A stretch of 63,236 nt of DNA, filler included, from Asterionella formosa (lineage: Eukaryota): assembly GCA_002256025.1 (NCBI GenBank). It is 12 parts of 11 records of this genome, joined end to end, with 100 filler letters (N's around TTAATTAATTAA, not from the genome) between each part and the next. Parts side by side here need not be neighbours in the genome. Positions count along the whole stretch, not along the records: positions 4,849 to 13,895 come from NKIB01002115.1; positions 13,996 to 28,564 come from NKIB01002115.1; 10 more parts are not named here. One strand, given 5' to 3'. Under the pieces are notes generated by a model. That model searched no databases. It had not been told where the DNA came from and saw nothing but the letters and a program-made list of their open reading frames with translations. Shown here in pieces: positions 11,981 through 23,718 of this stretch. A program made the translations under genes and the position numbers. How positions within the stretch are numbered: the stretch's first letter is position 1; the number at the start of each line of letters is the position of its first letter.

Positions 11981-13414
11981 GTATGATTTGGAAAAAGATT
12001 CAATTTTGTGCTTCAAATTTCGTTCCCGACTCAGTGCATCAACTGCCTTAGCCAGCAACACATCTCTGTCTGCAGTGATCTTCTTGAATTCGAGGTCTCG
12101 AGGTCTTGATCTAGCTTGGACTTTCTCTTGAATATCTTTTCTTTTTGAAATGCAATAGGAGATTCTCTGCTTTCATGATGTTCATCTTGATGTTCTGGAC
12201 GAATAGGCCTAGTGAGACATATTTCTTGGTTTTCAACCATTTCTATTTCAGAAGTGATGTCTCCCACATTTCCGCCGGTATTTTAATTCATCGCATGAAC
12301 TTGTTCATCAAATGAATGAGAATCACTGAGTTCTTCTTCATTATCAGCAATTTCAGGAGAATGAGGAGCAAAAACTGGATGGAAGTATGACTATGTAGGA
12401 ATAGAGTCTTCATCTGCGAAGAACAACTGTTTGGGTTTCTTCTTCGAAAGCAATCTTTTCTTCCATTCGATCTCTGCCACCATTGTATTGGCATACTTCA
12501 TTATTTTTTCTCAAGTACTATGAATATTTTCAGATTCATCTGATCTTTGAGTGTATTCAAAGGAATCTTCGATTAATTTCATAAGTTTCTTCATCTTCTT
12601 TTCCGAAAACATAAAGTGGTGTAGGGTAAACAATGGAAGTAAGTCACGTTTCTTGCTTATTTGACTGATACTTTGCATGAAATCCATGAAATGCCATTTG
12701 GAAAGCTATTTGTCAAAGGGCCAGAAGACTATGATGTAAAACAGTGGAAGGGAAACGCGGAGCTTTTTGCGGCGCTTGTGGAGGTGCAACTGGTGTGATG
12801 GTAACCAAGTGTAGTAATTGTTGAACAGAGCACAATGTAATATGAATGTTCCGCCAGCGTAGTGATCCATATCACAAATCATATTATAGTGATGTACAAA
12901 TCAACGCATCCATTTACTTAGATCCTATCCACCATATACTGCTATCATATTAACTGTTGGCTTTTACTGTATACATTAAAAAGCGAATTTATACATTAAG
13001 TAACATAATTATATTTATTTATTGATTTATTTATTTATTTTCTGTGATGTTTCGATAACACTTGCGTACATATTTTATTTTATTGTCATTGTATTATTTC
13101 AACATGATCATATTTTGATCAAAATTATATCACAAACATTTAAAAAAATCATCATAGTTCTATAATCAATGCATCATAGCTATGTGATATACTTTATTCA
13201 ATATTACGTATAGTACTTTGGTGATGTATGCGTCGATGTAAATCTATCGTGATATCACATTATCAATTTATCAATCATGATGAGATGATTGGGAACAGTA
13301 GTATTTTGCATCGTACTACAGAGTATGATATTATAACACGCACTTTAGTAGCTAAGTCACTCCTGTAATGTACACAAGTCGACAGTGCACGAACACTCGT
13401 ACACACAGGTTAAT

Positions 13415-13832
13415 CAGGTTTGAGGCAACGGACAGTGGTTCCAACGAGCGAATGATGATACCACGGGTACCAATTTTTCCAGCAGCAAACCGGAATGATG
13501 AAGGACACTTGTCCCTCTATTGATGGGGATGACACGGACACCGACTTTTCCAGAAGCTCCACTTGTTGCTCTATTGATGGTAACAAAGATGCGGACAAGT
13601 TCAACAGTAAATACAACAACAACATACCAATGAAGACAAGTCAACAGTGTGTGTATGCACATGCCAAGCAGGTTTGAGGCAATGGACAGTTCCAACAAGC
13701 AAATGACGATACGGATATCAAATTTTTCCTACGAGCAAACAACAATGAAGAGAACCACTTGCTTTCGCTCTCTTGATGGTATGAAAGATTCGGACAAATT
13801 CAATAGTAAATACAAGTACAACATGCCAAATG
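13415..13832 (+). repeat. Diverged tandem duplication (units ~13415-13632 and ~13669-13832)
   Basis: Both units start CAGGTTTGAGGCAA(C/T)GGACAGT and end ...GGACAA.TTCAA.AGTAAATACAA..ACAACAT.CCAA. Confidence 0.8.
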
Positions 13833-14767
13833 CAGAAACGAGCGATATGAAAAAGAAATTGTAATCAGAATCATTCTATAACTATAGCTATGTGANNNNN
13901 NNNNNNNNNNNNNNNNNNNNNNNNNNNNNNNNNNNNNNNTTAATTAATTAANNNNNNNNNNNNNNNNNNNNNNNNNNNNNNNNNNNNNNNNNNNNGAACT
14001 ATTCTCCTCATCCAACCATTCCATAATAACAAATCTTGCAGCAGCAGCTTCCCTACTATTCTTCTGTGAAATCCCTTGGTCATCTGTGATTGCTACATGA
14101 ATCTGGCCAAATCATAGTATTGGGTTGATCAAACTCATCTGTCTATCCCTTGTTTCCTTGTCAGATTCATTCTTGTTCCCAAGTAACAACCACATTATTA
14201 GTTTCACAACTTCTTTTCGATTATTGTCTCTGGTTGATTGTGCTCTATTTAGCTTTGGACATTCATCAGGCAACTTCTTCTTCTTCTTTGTTTCTTCCAC
14301 CAAGTGATCATGCTCACTTTGTTTTATTGTTGTTGTTGTTGTAGTGCCAGTTTCATATCCCACTTGCTGCTCAAACCAATCTCCTCCTCCCAAAAGATAT
14401 TCAAAGTCATCCTTGCCTTTAAATGATCTTCCATATTGCTTGAAGCATCCGAGACAAGTCAAAAGGCTTGAAATTTGAATTCGTCTCTCTGCAAAGGGGA
14501 CGTATCGCCCCATCACAGGAAACACATCGGCAGCTGATTATTACATTCTGTAATCAACAATCTGAAAGCTTTGAAAGAGTAACGATTATTTCTGATCTTA
14601 GTATACTATTTCAATCAAAAAATTGAATCATCAGTTCTCTATATATGTACAGAATCATAGCACCTACTATAGTGCGGCTCATGGTGACTTCATGACACTC
14701 TCAGCGCCTACAGGACGAGGTGATCCATCAACTATTTTACTCTGCGCAAATGTATCGAAAGCAGCAA

Positions 14768-14916
14768 GTCATTATTAGGTTTTTCTGCACCTAAAATTCC
14801 AAGAACTGAAAAGGAAGTTTAACTTGTCTGTAGACTTGTACTGGTGTTCTTCTGTAGGACGAGAAAATATTCTCTAACATTTCCTGAATTTTAGGTGTGG
14901 AATAACCTAAAATGAC
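14768..14916. mobile_element. MITE-like element with ~36-bp imperfect inverted repeats
   Basis: GTCATTATTAGGTTTTTCTGCACCTAAAATTCCAAGAA is the near reverse complement of TTCCTGAATTTTAGGTGTGGAATAACCTAAAATGAC. Confidence 0.55.
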
Positions 14917-15148
14917 CCTCAGGGACAGTTAATTTAACCTACAATTCACCACCTGCTTCGGGCCACCCCTCTATTGCCCTGGTCATTGTTGTGTTTTCTT
15001 GACGTTTCCCTGTTTTGGAGAATATAAGTAGCATAAAACCTAGTATGTCACTGAGTGGTGAACACCATGTATACAGACGATTTTAAAGAGTGAATTGATA
15101 ACGTTTTCTATTTAATTAAACGTCTGTCCTGCATCACGTTATCAACTA

Positions 15149-15173
15149 CAGCAAAATGACCGCAACTTACAGG
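15149..15173. mobile_element. Solo right TIR of the CCTGCAAGTTGCGG MITE family
   Basis: CAGCAAAATGACCGCAACTTACAGG|TA is the reverse complement of the 2714 left TIR with one mismatch. Confidence 0.65.
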
Positions 15174-15394
15174 TACCTCTTTGACATTATAGGAACTTTG
15201 ATTAGCCCGGCCATCATAAAATTCGTTTTGGGATATCCTCCTAATGTCAAGCAAATGGCATTACTGTTATACTGGTATATCAGAGGCCGAAATTAGTTCC
15301 AGTACCGGTAATAAAAATGTCAAAAAGCCTCCCAGCAAAAGGTATCGTACGGGCATCAGAACAGTACTGGCACAATTGTACCTGGTACCAGGTA

Positions 15395-15496
15395 CCCGCA
15401 AGTTGCGCTCATTTCGCTTAAATAAACATTTTAATATGGGATAAAGATAGCTAAATCTTTAGATGCTTCAGCACAATTACTTCAACCATTTGCTGG
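15395..15496. mobile_element. MITE, second copy of the 2714-2808 family, in the SKP1 upstream region
   Basis: TA|CCCGCAAGTTGCGCTCATTTCGCT ... TTTGCTGG|TA, with an internal GGATAAAGA.AGCTAAA.CTTTAGAT segment shared with copy 1. Confidence 0.75.
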
Positions 15497-15642
15497 TACA
15501 CGGTATGTTTGATTTTCCAATGCTTCAAGCACGGGGTCTATTCACAGCACAACAAAAGGACTACTCAAGAATTTGTTGACTGCGATCGACGACCTCCATC
15601 CATTGTCCTTCGTAACCTTGCTCCCGAAGCAACAAACTCATC

Positions 15643-16137
15643 ATGACTGACGAAGACGACGAATTGATTACCCTTGTGAGCAAAGAAAGCGAAGAAATAT
15701 CTGTTCATGCAGAGGCGGCAAAGCTGTCAGACCTGGTTGCTACAACCCTGGAAGAAGGAGACGATACTGTTCATGTGCCTCGAGTAAGCTCAACATGCTT
15801 GCGCAAAGTCGTTCAATTCCTCGAACATTACAGATTCGATGCCATGAAGGAAATTCCAACTCCGCTTGGAGGCACGAGTTTAAAAGAAATTGTCGATCAA
15901 GTCTGGTACCAAGAATACGTGGAAAACGAAGACCGCGAAATGCTTTTTGACCTCGTAACTGCTGCTAACTACATGGGTATCAAACCTCTTCTCGATTTAA
16001 CATGTTTGAAGGTGACGTTTGAGCTTACTGGAAAGAATGCTGAAGAGATCCGAGTTATTCTCAACTTACCGATGCTCACTGCAGAGGAAGAAGAAAAGGC
16101 GCGACAGGAGCACAAGTGGGTCTTCGAGGATGCTTAA
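15643..16137 (+). CDS. SKP1: S-phase kinase-associated protein 1 (SCF ubiquitin ligase adaptor), 164 aa, intronless
   Basis: ITLVSKE, VPRVSSTCLRKVVQFLEHY, and LFDLVTAANYMGIKPLLDLTC...GKNAEEIR..LNL...EEEEKARQEHKWV are classic Skp1 POZ and dimerisation motifs. Confidence 0.95.
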   Translation: MTDEDDELITLVSKESEEISVHAEAAKLSDLVATTLEEGDDTVHVPRVSSTCLRKVVQFLEHYRFDAMKEIPTPLGGTSLKEIVDQVWYQEYVENEDREMLFDLVTAANYMGIKPLLDLTCLKVTFELTGKNAEEIRVILNLPMLTAEEEEKARQEHKWVFEDA

Positions 16138-17147
16138 ATTCGCATACAGACACGAAAGGATGTCGAGGGATACTCAAAGGGGCGATGAAGGGTTTTGCGG
16201 GTACGGCAGTTATAGCTATGTAAAATGTCATCGTTTATCCAAACTCTTGGACATGCGCTTATAATTTTATAGTGTTTGGAAGGCCGAACACAAGGTGTCC
16301 AATAATTTCCTCCACTCTCATACAAAAGCGTCTTCATGGTGCAGATGCGCAAAATTGTGACTTTCACACGATAGGTTTCGTAAATTGATCAGGGAGAAGG
16401 TCATTTTCTAAAGTAGGTCGCCATTCTCGTAATGTGCACTTGCTTCAGAATTGGTACTCCCTCTAGTTGAAAATAGTTGTGTTGATTTGCCATGAGCAAA
16501 CTCAAAAATGCGTTTTTTATGAGTTACAATGATGTGAGTATAAACTCTGTCTCTGTAATTAAATAGTTTATCATCTAAATAAATGAATTGAAACCAAATT
16601 AACATACATATATACATTGCATATATGTGCACATCACCAACTGCTTGTTCATACATTGGCTGGCTGGCCAATTAAATATTTGCAGGAGAACGAATACACA
16701 TGTCACCATAATAATTATTACTACAACAGCATTACAGCCATTCCATATACATTCTTCGGTAGTTAAATTAACATCGACCATTCTGCCAGTTATGTAACAG
16801 CTCCGATCACCAAAACAAGCATACCAGTGTTTTCTTCCTTCCCATCATCGCCACTTTCGTAGTGGTGCAATCCCTAATCGAAGGCAAGTTGCCATTCTTC
16901 TACTGTTATATCCTCCTTATATGGTGAGAATAGATGGGTCGAAAAAATGGGGGGGGGGGTCATGCATCTACATTTTGTTCGAGATGACCAGAAGCGAAAA
17001 TCGAAGAAGTCGAAAAAGGTTTTTCTGAAGCATAATTGCCCATTTTAAAATTACTACATTTATATCATACATAGATCATTAGCTTGTGTGATTGCAAACA
17101 TTGGGGCAATTTGAACTGTAGAAAGTCATAGGAATCAAAATGCTCCC

Positions 17148-18770
17148 GGAAGGTCCAGTAAGCAGCAAATTGCGCACACTATATACTAAAAATTCCACGT
17201 AGCGGTTTCAACCTACTTCATTGGACGTCTGACCGGCTCACCAATTCCGAAATGATGAAAAATCTCAAAATATTTCCATGTATTTATACTACCTGTAACC
17301 GTTATAAAGTTTCAAATGGAAAAGCGCTGCCACCTTTCACAGCAGAATCGCTGACTACCAACTTCAACTTGCTGACTGCGGACGCACTTCTTGTTGCTAA
17401 CTGCTGACTTGTTTTGCTGAAAATTTGGAAATGTTCGCACAATATTTTCCTTGTTCTTGTTTCAGAGCACAGGGGAAAGATGACTGTATCTCAGCAGTCC
17501 TAATGTAAATGCAAATGTTCCAAAAGAATGGAAACATTCCAGGGAGGTCGAGGCCATTAAAATAGCATGAGAGTTCCGTTTGGTTGAATCATCATACATG
17601 GGGAACCAGTGATAGCAACAAGAGAACAATGTAAGCAATGGTGGGAAACCCAGCCACCCCTAATGGAGAGCAAAGATGCAAAGGTGCAAGCAAACTGACT
17701 CCATGATCCCAAAAATGCCCACACATTGAGCTGCTGAAGTCGCCAAGCTGCTTGATCAACATCACATGTGCTCATGGCAATAAGCAAGCGGAATTGGCTT
17801 GATTGCTCTTGCAGACAGACAATGCATCCTCCCACCGCCACAGCAACAAACTTAAACCTTCTTGTGCACTGTTGATTGATGTGTGTTCATCAGCTGAATG
17901 GAGCTGCCTTCTTACATTGAAAAATCGCTTGAGTGAAGGTGAACATGATGGAAGCACAGCCGATGACTGAAAACAGAGCATACATAGTCAATAATCACAT
18001 AATTACATGCACCATATCAAAGCATAATCATGCTTGTTGTTTCGCGTGCTTTGACTCAAATGACTCAATTATATTCACGTTGTTATGGGAATGGCAGATT
18101 CCTCAACCTATGAGACCTCGTTTTGCAATCTCTCCATCGGAAGTACTCCACAACAAGCCCTGCTATCGATGGTGAGAATCGCGCCAATTGGAACTGGTCA
18201 TACGACCAACAATTGAAATTCGCATATGGCTTTTTGAACAACAAGCATTATTCCGTGTTGACGTTTTTAGTTGATGAAAATGTCGAAAAATTCCTCGATA
18301 CACAGGGGTTGGGAAATCTAGAGTAACGTAGACGTACCTGGTACTCCGTACATGATAACAAACTGTGAAATAGACATTGATGCTACCTACTTCTTCATAT
18401 TGCTACCACTATGTACCGGTATTATTGTAAAAATGCTGACTTCAACTTGCTAACTACTGACTGCGGACTTTGTTTTGCTGACTGCTGACTTGATTCGATG
18501 AAAATTTGAAAAAATCGCTGACTGCTGACTTCTTTTCCTGACTGCTGACATGAAATCGCTGACTGCTGACTTCAAGTTCATTTATACAATAAAACGAGTA
18601 ATGGCGGCTTAACATCTATGTAAACAACTATTTAAAGAATAATGCAGTGGCCCAAAATTTAGGGGTTCGACAATTTTCGGGGTTGTGCTCTTGCCTTTTC
18701 TTGTATGTGAATCGATGAACAGAAAACGAGCAACCTGCACGCTATACGTGCGCTGATTACCGGACCTTCC
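17148..18770. mobile_element. Non-autonomous TIR element, copy A, rich in GCTGACT subrepeats
   Basis: Left GGAAGGTCCAGTAAGCAGC and right GCTGATTACCGGACCTTCC are inverted repeats. Both arms are duplicated in the adjacent copy B. Confidence 0.7.
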
Positions 18771-18771
18771 T

Positions 18772-19820
18772 GAAATGTGCGGTAATCAGCAAATTTCGCG
18801 CACTATAAACTAAAAATTCCACGCAGCGGTTTCAACCTGCTTCATTGGAAGTCTGACCGGCTCACCAATTCCGAAATGATGAAAAATCTCAAAATATTTC
18901 AATTTATTTAGATTACCTGTAACTGTTAAAAAGTTTCAAACGGAAAAGCGCTGCCACCTTTCACAGCAGAATCGCTGACTACTAACTTCAACTTGCTGAC
19001 TGCGGACTTCTTGTTGCTAACTGCTGACTTGATTTGCCGAAAATTTGAAATATTCGCTGACTGCTGACTTCATTTGCTGATTACTGACATGAAATCGCTG
19101 ACTGCTAACTTCAACTTGCTGACGTCAAGCAACCTACTTTGTACATAGGAAGAGACCATCTACCGGTACCGGTGTACGAGTTGTGTTTACTTTTCATATT
19201 TAATAACGATGGAAGCATCTTANNNNNNNNNNNNNNNNNNNNNNNNNNNNNNNNNNNNNNNNNNNNNNNNNNNNNNNNNNNNNNNNNNNNNNNNNNNNNN
19301 NNNNNNNNNNNNNNNNNNNNNNNNNNNNNNNNNNNNNNNNNNNNNNNNNNNNNNNNNNNNNNNNAAAAAGCCATTCCTTCTACACTCATACTATCGGGAG
19401 TAACAAAGAGGTACCTGGTACTCCGTACATAATTAAATACTGTGAAATAGACATTGATGACTGAAAAAGTCATTGCTATCTACTTCTTCATGTTGCTACC
19501 ACTATGTACTATCGTATAAATGCTGACTTCAACTTGCTGACTACTGACTGCGGACTTCGTTTCGCTGGCTGCTGACTTGATTCAATGAAAATTTGAAAAA
19601 ATCGCTGACTGCTGACTTAAAGAGTTCATTTTGACAATAAAATGACTAATGGCTTAACGTCTATAAAAACAACTACCGGTATTTAAAGAATAACAGAGTG
19701 GCGCAAAATTAGGGGTTCGACAATTTTTGGGGGTGTGCTTTTCCTTTTCTCGTACTATGTTAATCGATGAACAGAAAATGAGCAACCTGCACGCTATGTA
19801 CACTGATTACCGGACCTTCC
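18772..19820. mobile_element. Non-autonomous TIR element, copy B, in direct tandem with copy A (contains an N-gap)
   Basis: 18780-19050 matches 17155-17430, and 19410-19820 matches 18335-18770. Ends in CTGATTACCGGACCTTCC. Confidence 0.7.
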
Positions 19821-20946
19821 TGGAGAAAATTTAAGAATCGCCACAACTATATTCAACTATAGGGATTAGCAAACAGACAATTCAATGCAAAGAATGTGTT
19901 AGAACATTTTCACCCAAGAAGGTAACCACATGATGTTGTGTGGAAAATTTAATTCTTGCCTACATCAACAACTCAATTTTCCCGTCAGGTACAAAATCCT
20001 GAATTGCTTTGTACCTCGCAATTAAACAGGATCCAAAAGGATGCTCTTGAACATTCTACTCAGCTTGCTCCTCCTCACTCAGCAGTTCAAAATTTTCTAT
20101 TTTCTAACTTTTCCTTTGTGCGGCAAAAACACAAATCAAGTTTGGGAATGAAAAGCACTTCTAGCTCGTCAAGTAATCGCCACAGCTCCTTGGTAAGGAC
20201 AGTCTGATAAGTGCCTAACCAAAATTGTACCAAGGGATGTATCTCCTTAAAAGGAATGGTAAATCTTAGTTTCCTGTTGATTCAAAAATCACAAGACAAG
20301 ACATGACATGTGCTACACAGATGATCCCTCATTTCAATTTTGGCTCATCACAATGATATGATCATCCTTGGTCATCCAATATCATATTTTAACAAATTAC
20401 TATTCCAGTATCATCCCCATACATAATAAATAATTAAATAAACTAGACCCCGTATATAGGTATGTGATGAAGTATTTCATATCTATGCATGATCCTCTAT
20501 TTGATTGAATGGTAACTGTTCAATGTAATTGTTTGTAAAATATGGAGTACTGACCGGTACATGCATGGTCTTGCAGCACAGCCAACCTTCAAAATGTACA
20601 GAAGCATGCTAAAAGCTTCATATTCCTTCCCATGTGCAGGTATCTCCTTACGTAGAACTTACCTGTTGTAGTACTAGTAAATATACCTATTGTTGCAAGG
20701 TTGCAAGCCTTGCTTCTCGCTAGTCAGTTTTCGCTATTGACCTTTCTCTGTCAATTCTCAGTTTCTTAAATTAATAAGCTTACTCTAAAAACCTAGTTTC
20801 AATCCCATTCATCACACTTTGAGAACCTGTTCTTCGTGTTCCCTTTTGCTGATGCAAACCTTCTTCTGATTGATCTGAAACATCAATCTTGTTAATAGCA
20901 GTTTATTGACATGGGAATGCTCCATTTGATTCATTGGACTGTAGTT

Positions 20947-21038
20947 GAGTCCACAATTCTCGTGACTCATAATCATGACGTTCCAGTGACAGGTCGAGTC
21001 CACAATTCTCGTGACTCTTAATCATGACGTTCCAGTGA
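20947..21038 (+). repeat. Tandem duplication with 49-bp period upstream of the PPR-like gene
   Basis: GAGTCCACAATTCTCGTGACTC(A/T)TAATCATGACGTTCCAGTGA at 20947 and 20996. Confidence 0.9.
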
Positions 21039-21216
21039 TAGGAGACTGGTGTTGCTGTTTTGGAAAAGTCCAAACTCTTTCAGTAGTGGTGCATATACCG
21101 GTAAGTACGATTCTGCTATTTACTTCTAGTATAGACGTGTAACATTGCTTCCATTTGCTCCCCTCCTGTCGAACGAAATCTCATTGCTCCATCTTGACTG
21201 CTGGCTACGACGTGTT

Positions 21217-23718
21217 ATGAGCGGCGTTGTTCTTCGGTGTGTTCGAATTCCCCGACGTCTGCTGACTCCGGGGATATCTTTGCATTGTGGCGGGGCCGAC
21301 AATTCCTCAAATGCAAGAAATCGGCGGTTCATTAGTGTACATGCAGCCAGACCAGCAGGCCCGAAGAGGATTGACAAGGGTCCACACTGGTTTCGAAAGA
21401 AGAACTTGACCGTCAGGAGCAAACATCCTTATCGAAAGAAAGACTCCGCGGCGCAAGAGAGCAACCGGGATCATGGCAACCGTGCGTATAGCTACAATGT
21501 CCCTGCGATGTACAGGAGACAGCACGAGGACAGAGATGATAAACTTCCTGTCAAGTCGGCAGATCAGGCAGCAAGTGAAGATCAGCATAGGAAACTTCTG
21601 CAGAAAGAATGCCATGCGCTACTTCTTGACTATCAGCGACAACTTTTTCCAGTTGACTTGTCCAACACTGATACCAACTCGACTTCTTCGTCGCACGGGT
21701 TTGAGATTGATACAATTACAATACACTTGCTTGTTGGTGATCTCACAAGCAAGAGTCAACAAAATCAAAAAACAGCGCTGCAAAATCTTCGAAACACAGA
21801 AGAGCAGTTCAAGAATATCTGTTTTAAATTGCAGAAGTTGACTCAGACCGCTGCTACTCGTGGCACTGCATGTAGCTTGGAAGCTGAAGCCTCCCTCCGG
21901 AGTTTGATTCAACTGCGAACACACCGAGCTTCCATGGTTGGACAAGCAACAAAAGTTCCAATGGAAAGCAATGAAATGGGTTCGTGGGGTAAATGGATTG
22001 CAAACGTATTTATTCTGGCGGATGTGGATGACGCAGATGGATCTATGTTGACTGCCCATTTGGACACAAACTTTGGGCCCAATCTTTCTCTTTTTGGGAT
22101 GGTGTTGGAGTCTATATCCAATGAGGCTTCCCAGAAACTTGAATCCACTCCTACTGGAGATCACAAGCAGGAATGTTCACAAATCCAAGCTGCAGAACGA
22201 ATGACTCGATTGGTTGAGCTCATGCCCTCATCCGGATTTGAAGCTAGTTCCCAGATACTGTGTCAAGTTCTTAATGTATACCGAAACGTTGCATCATTCC
22301 TGGCCGCTTGTAAGGCTGAAAAATTTTACAATACCCATTGCAAAGCCATATTATCTTGGCATCCAGCAAGGGCTACGTTGGGAGTATATCAGGCAGCTTT
22401 GGAAACGGAAGGTTCTCCAAACATCCATGCTCAGATAGCTATGATGGCCAGTACTTTAGTAAACAAAACTGACATCAAGTCTGGGGAATCATTCTCACAG
22501 AGAGTCAACACATTCTCTTGCGCTCTTCGTTGCCTACAATTTTCGACAGCTACTGGAATTCCAGGAGGACAATGTAGCTTGGCTGATGCGATGGTAAAGA
22601 AGTGTGTTGGAAGGAAATACTATCGAAGTTTCTTTCATCTTGACCAAGCCCATCCTGAGCCGAAATTTGCCACTCTGATCAATAACTTGTTGTCAGTCTA
22701 TGTCATGTCTAGGGATGAGGCCAGGGTCGAGCAGGCCAAAGCGCTCCTTACATATCTTGAAGCTACAGCGGAGAGGCTTGGTTCAAATGATCCAAGACAT
22801 GAACATCCTCCATTGTTAGACACTTACGTTGCCATACTAATGGGTATTGAACAAATCTTGTGTGCGCAAGGCATCATTTCCAAAAGAAAGATAGATTGGG
22901 TCATGTATGCATTAAGTTTACTTGATCGAATTGTCGCGCAAGGTTTATGGCCCGACAACAAATGCTTTGCTCTACTGTTTCGGATTTGTGCTCGCTTAGA
23001 TGCGCCCGATGCTGGTGAGGAAATGGAGAGAATTTTGCGGCGAATGAAGCTACGAGAGGTATTTGATTCCAACTTGTATGTCACCGCTCAGCACTATAAC
23101 GAAACCATTCATGCCTGGGGCGTCAGTGCAAATCATTCATTTCTAGGAGCGGCTGAAAGAGCAGGTCAACTCTTGAAAACAATGGAGATTCAAAGTGGTG
23201 TGAGTAGTGGCTATGTCTTCACAGAAGATACAATTCACGAGGACACTGTCCGCGGTGGGTTTCCTGTCTTGTACAACCAACGTATTATTCCCGATGCGAG
23301 TACCTACTCTGCATTCCTCCAAACATGCTCCATGGTGATAGAAAACAACGAAAAGGATCGAACGCTGGCAATGGTCTTTGATACTCTTGACAGGATGGAA
23401 GCATTTGGTATTGAACCAAATGATGATGTCTTCAAACACGCACTGTTGTCATGCAAGAATTTATGCATGGACCCTGCTCGACAGGTCCTTGAAGCAGGGA
23501 AAGTCTTCGATTTTGCACAGAAGAAAGCAAAGGTTAGTAGGGAGTTGGTTAAAATATTTCGAGAGATGTCTGACAGTCAAAAGAAGGCAATCGGTAACAA
23601 GAATCTCCTTTTTGACATGTATGAACACAATGGAGACCTACCAGTTCTTTCCCCTCCAATACTCTTTGATAAGAGCCAAATCAGTAAAGAGCTTCCTCTT
23701 TTACCCCCAATGACCTAA
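21217..23718 (+). CDS. Pentatricopeptide-repeat-like helical protein, probably mitochondrial (~833 aa from the first ATG)
   Basis: Long uninterrupted ORF with an Arg-rich, acid-poor N-terminus (MSGVVLRCVRIPRRLL). Degenerate PPR-like motifs: PDNKCFALLFRICAR, HYNETIHAWG...AAERAGQLLKTME, PDASTYSAFLQTCS and MEAFGIEPNDDVFKHALLSC. Confidence 0.75.
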   Translation: MSGVVLRCVRIPRRLLTPGISLHCGGADNSSNARNRRFISVHAARPAGPKRIDKGPHWFRKKNLTVRSKHPYRKKDSAAQESNRDHGNRAYSYNVPAMYRRQHEDRDDKLPVKSADQAASEDQHRKLLQKECHALLLDYQRQLFPVDLSNTDTNSTSSSHGFEIDTITIHLLVGDLTSKSQQNQKTALQNLRNTEEQFKNICFKLQKLTQTAATRGTACSLEAEASLRSLIQLRTHRASMVGQATKVPMESNEMGSWGKWIANVFILADVDDADGSMLTAHLDTNFGPNLSLFGMVLESISNEASQKLESTPTGDHKQECSQIQAAERMTRLVELMPSSGFEASSQILCQVLNVYRNVASFLAACKAEKFYNTHCKAILSWHPARATLGVYQAALETEGSPNIHAQIAMMASTLVNKTDIKSGESFSQRVNTFSCALRCLQFSTATGIPGGQCSLADAMVKKCVGRKYYRSFFHLDQAHPEPKFATLINNLLSVYVMSRDEARVEQAKALLTYLEATAERLGSNDPRHEHPPLLDTYVAILMGIEQILCAQGIISKRKIDWVMYALSLLDRIVAQGLWPDNKCFALLFRICARLDAPDAGEEMERILRRMKLREVFDSNLYVTAQHYNETIHAWGVSANHSFLGAAERAGQLLKTMEIQSGVSSGYVFTEDTIHEDTVRGGFPVLYNQRIIPDASTYSAFLQTCSMVIENNEKDRTLAMVFDTLDRMEAFGIEPNDDVFKHALLSCKNLCMDPARQVLEAGKVFDFAQKKAKVSRELVKIFREMSDSQKKAIGNKNLLFDMYEHNGDLPVLSPPILFDKSQISKELPLLPPMT

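Larger units (their letters stand above)
6260..13200 (+). mobile_element. CACTA/EnSpm (Plavaka-like) DNA transposon, copy 1: degenerate, internally deleted, right end not resolved
   Basis: Collinear similarity to 37627-45701. Shared left terminus YACRTCTG(C/T)AAA-like. ACTATGATGAT/TGATCA-type subterminal motifs reappear inverted at ~13100-13170. Contains a transposase and accessory ORF remnants. Confidence 0.8.

Noticed and set aside
13996..14525. 137-aa minus-strand ORF and downstream fragment
   Set aside because: No ATG-supported start, recognisable domain or splice model. It may be a gene fragment but cannot be called.
19860..20260. Possible SWIM/MULE transposase remnant on the minus strand
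   Set aside because: Too degenerate; the Cys/His spacing needs several assumed corrections.
21145..21216. TTG start for the PPR-like ORF (and non-ATG starts in the track generally)
   Set aside because: This is a eukaryotic nuclear gene; the first ATG at 21217 gives a plausible targeting peptide.
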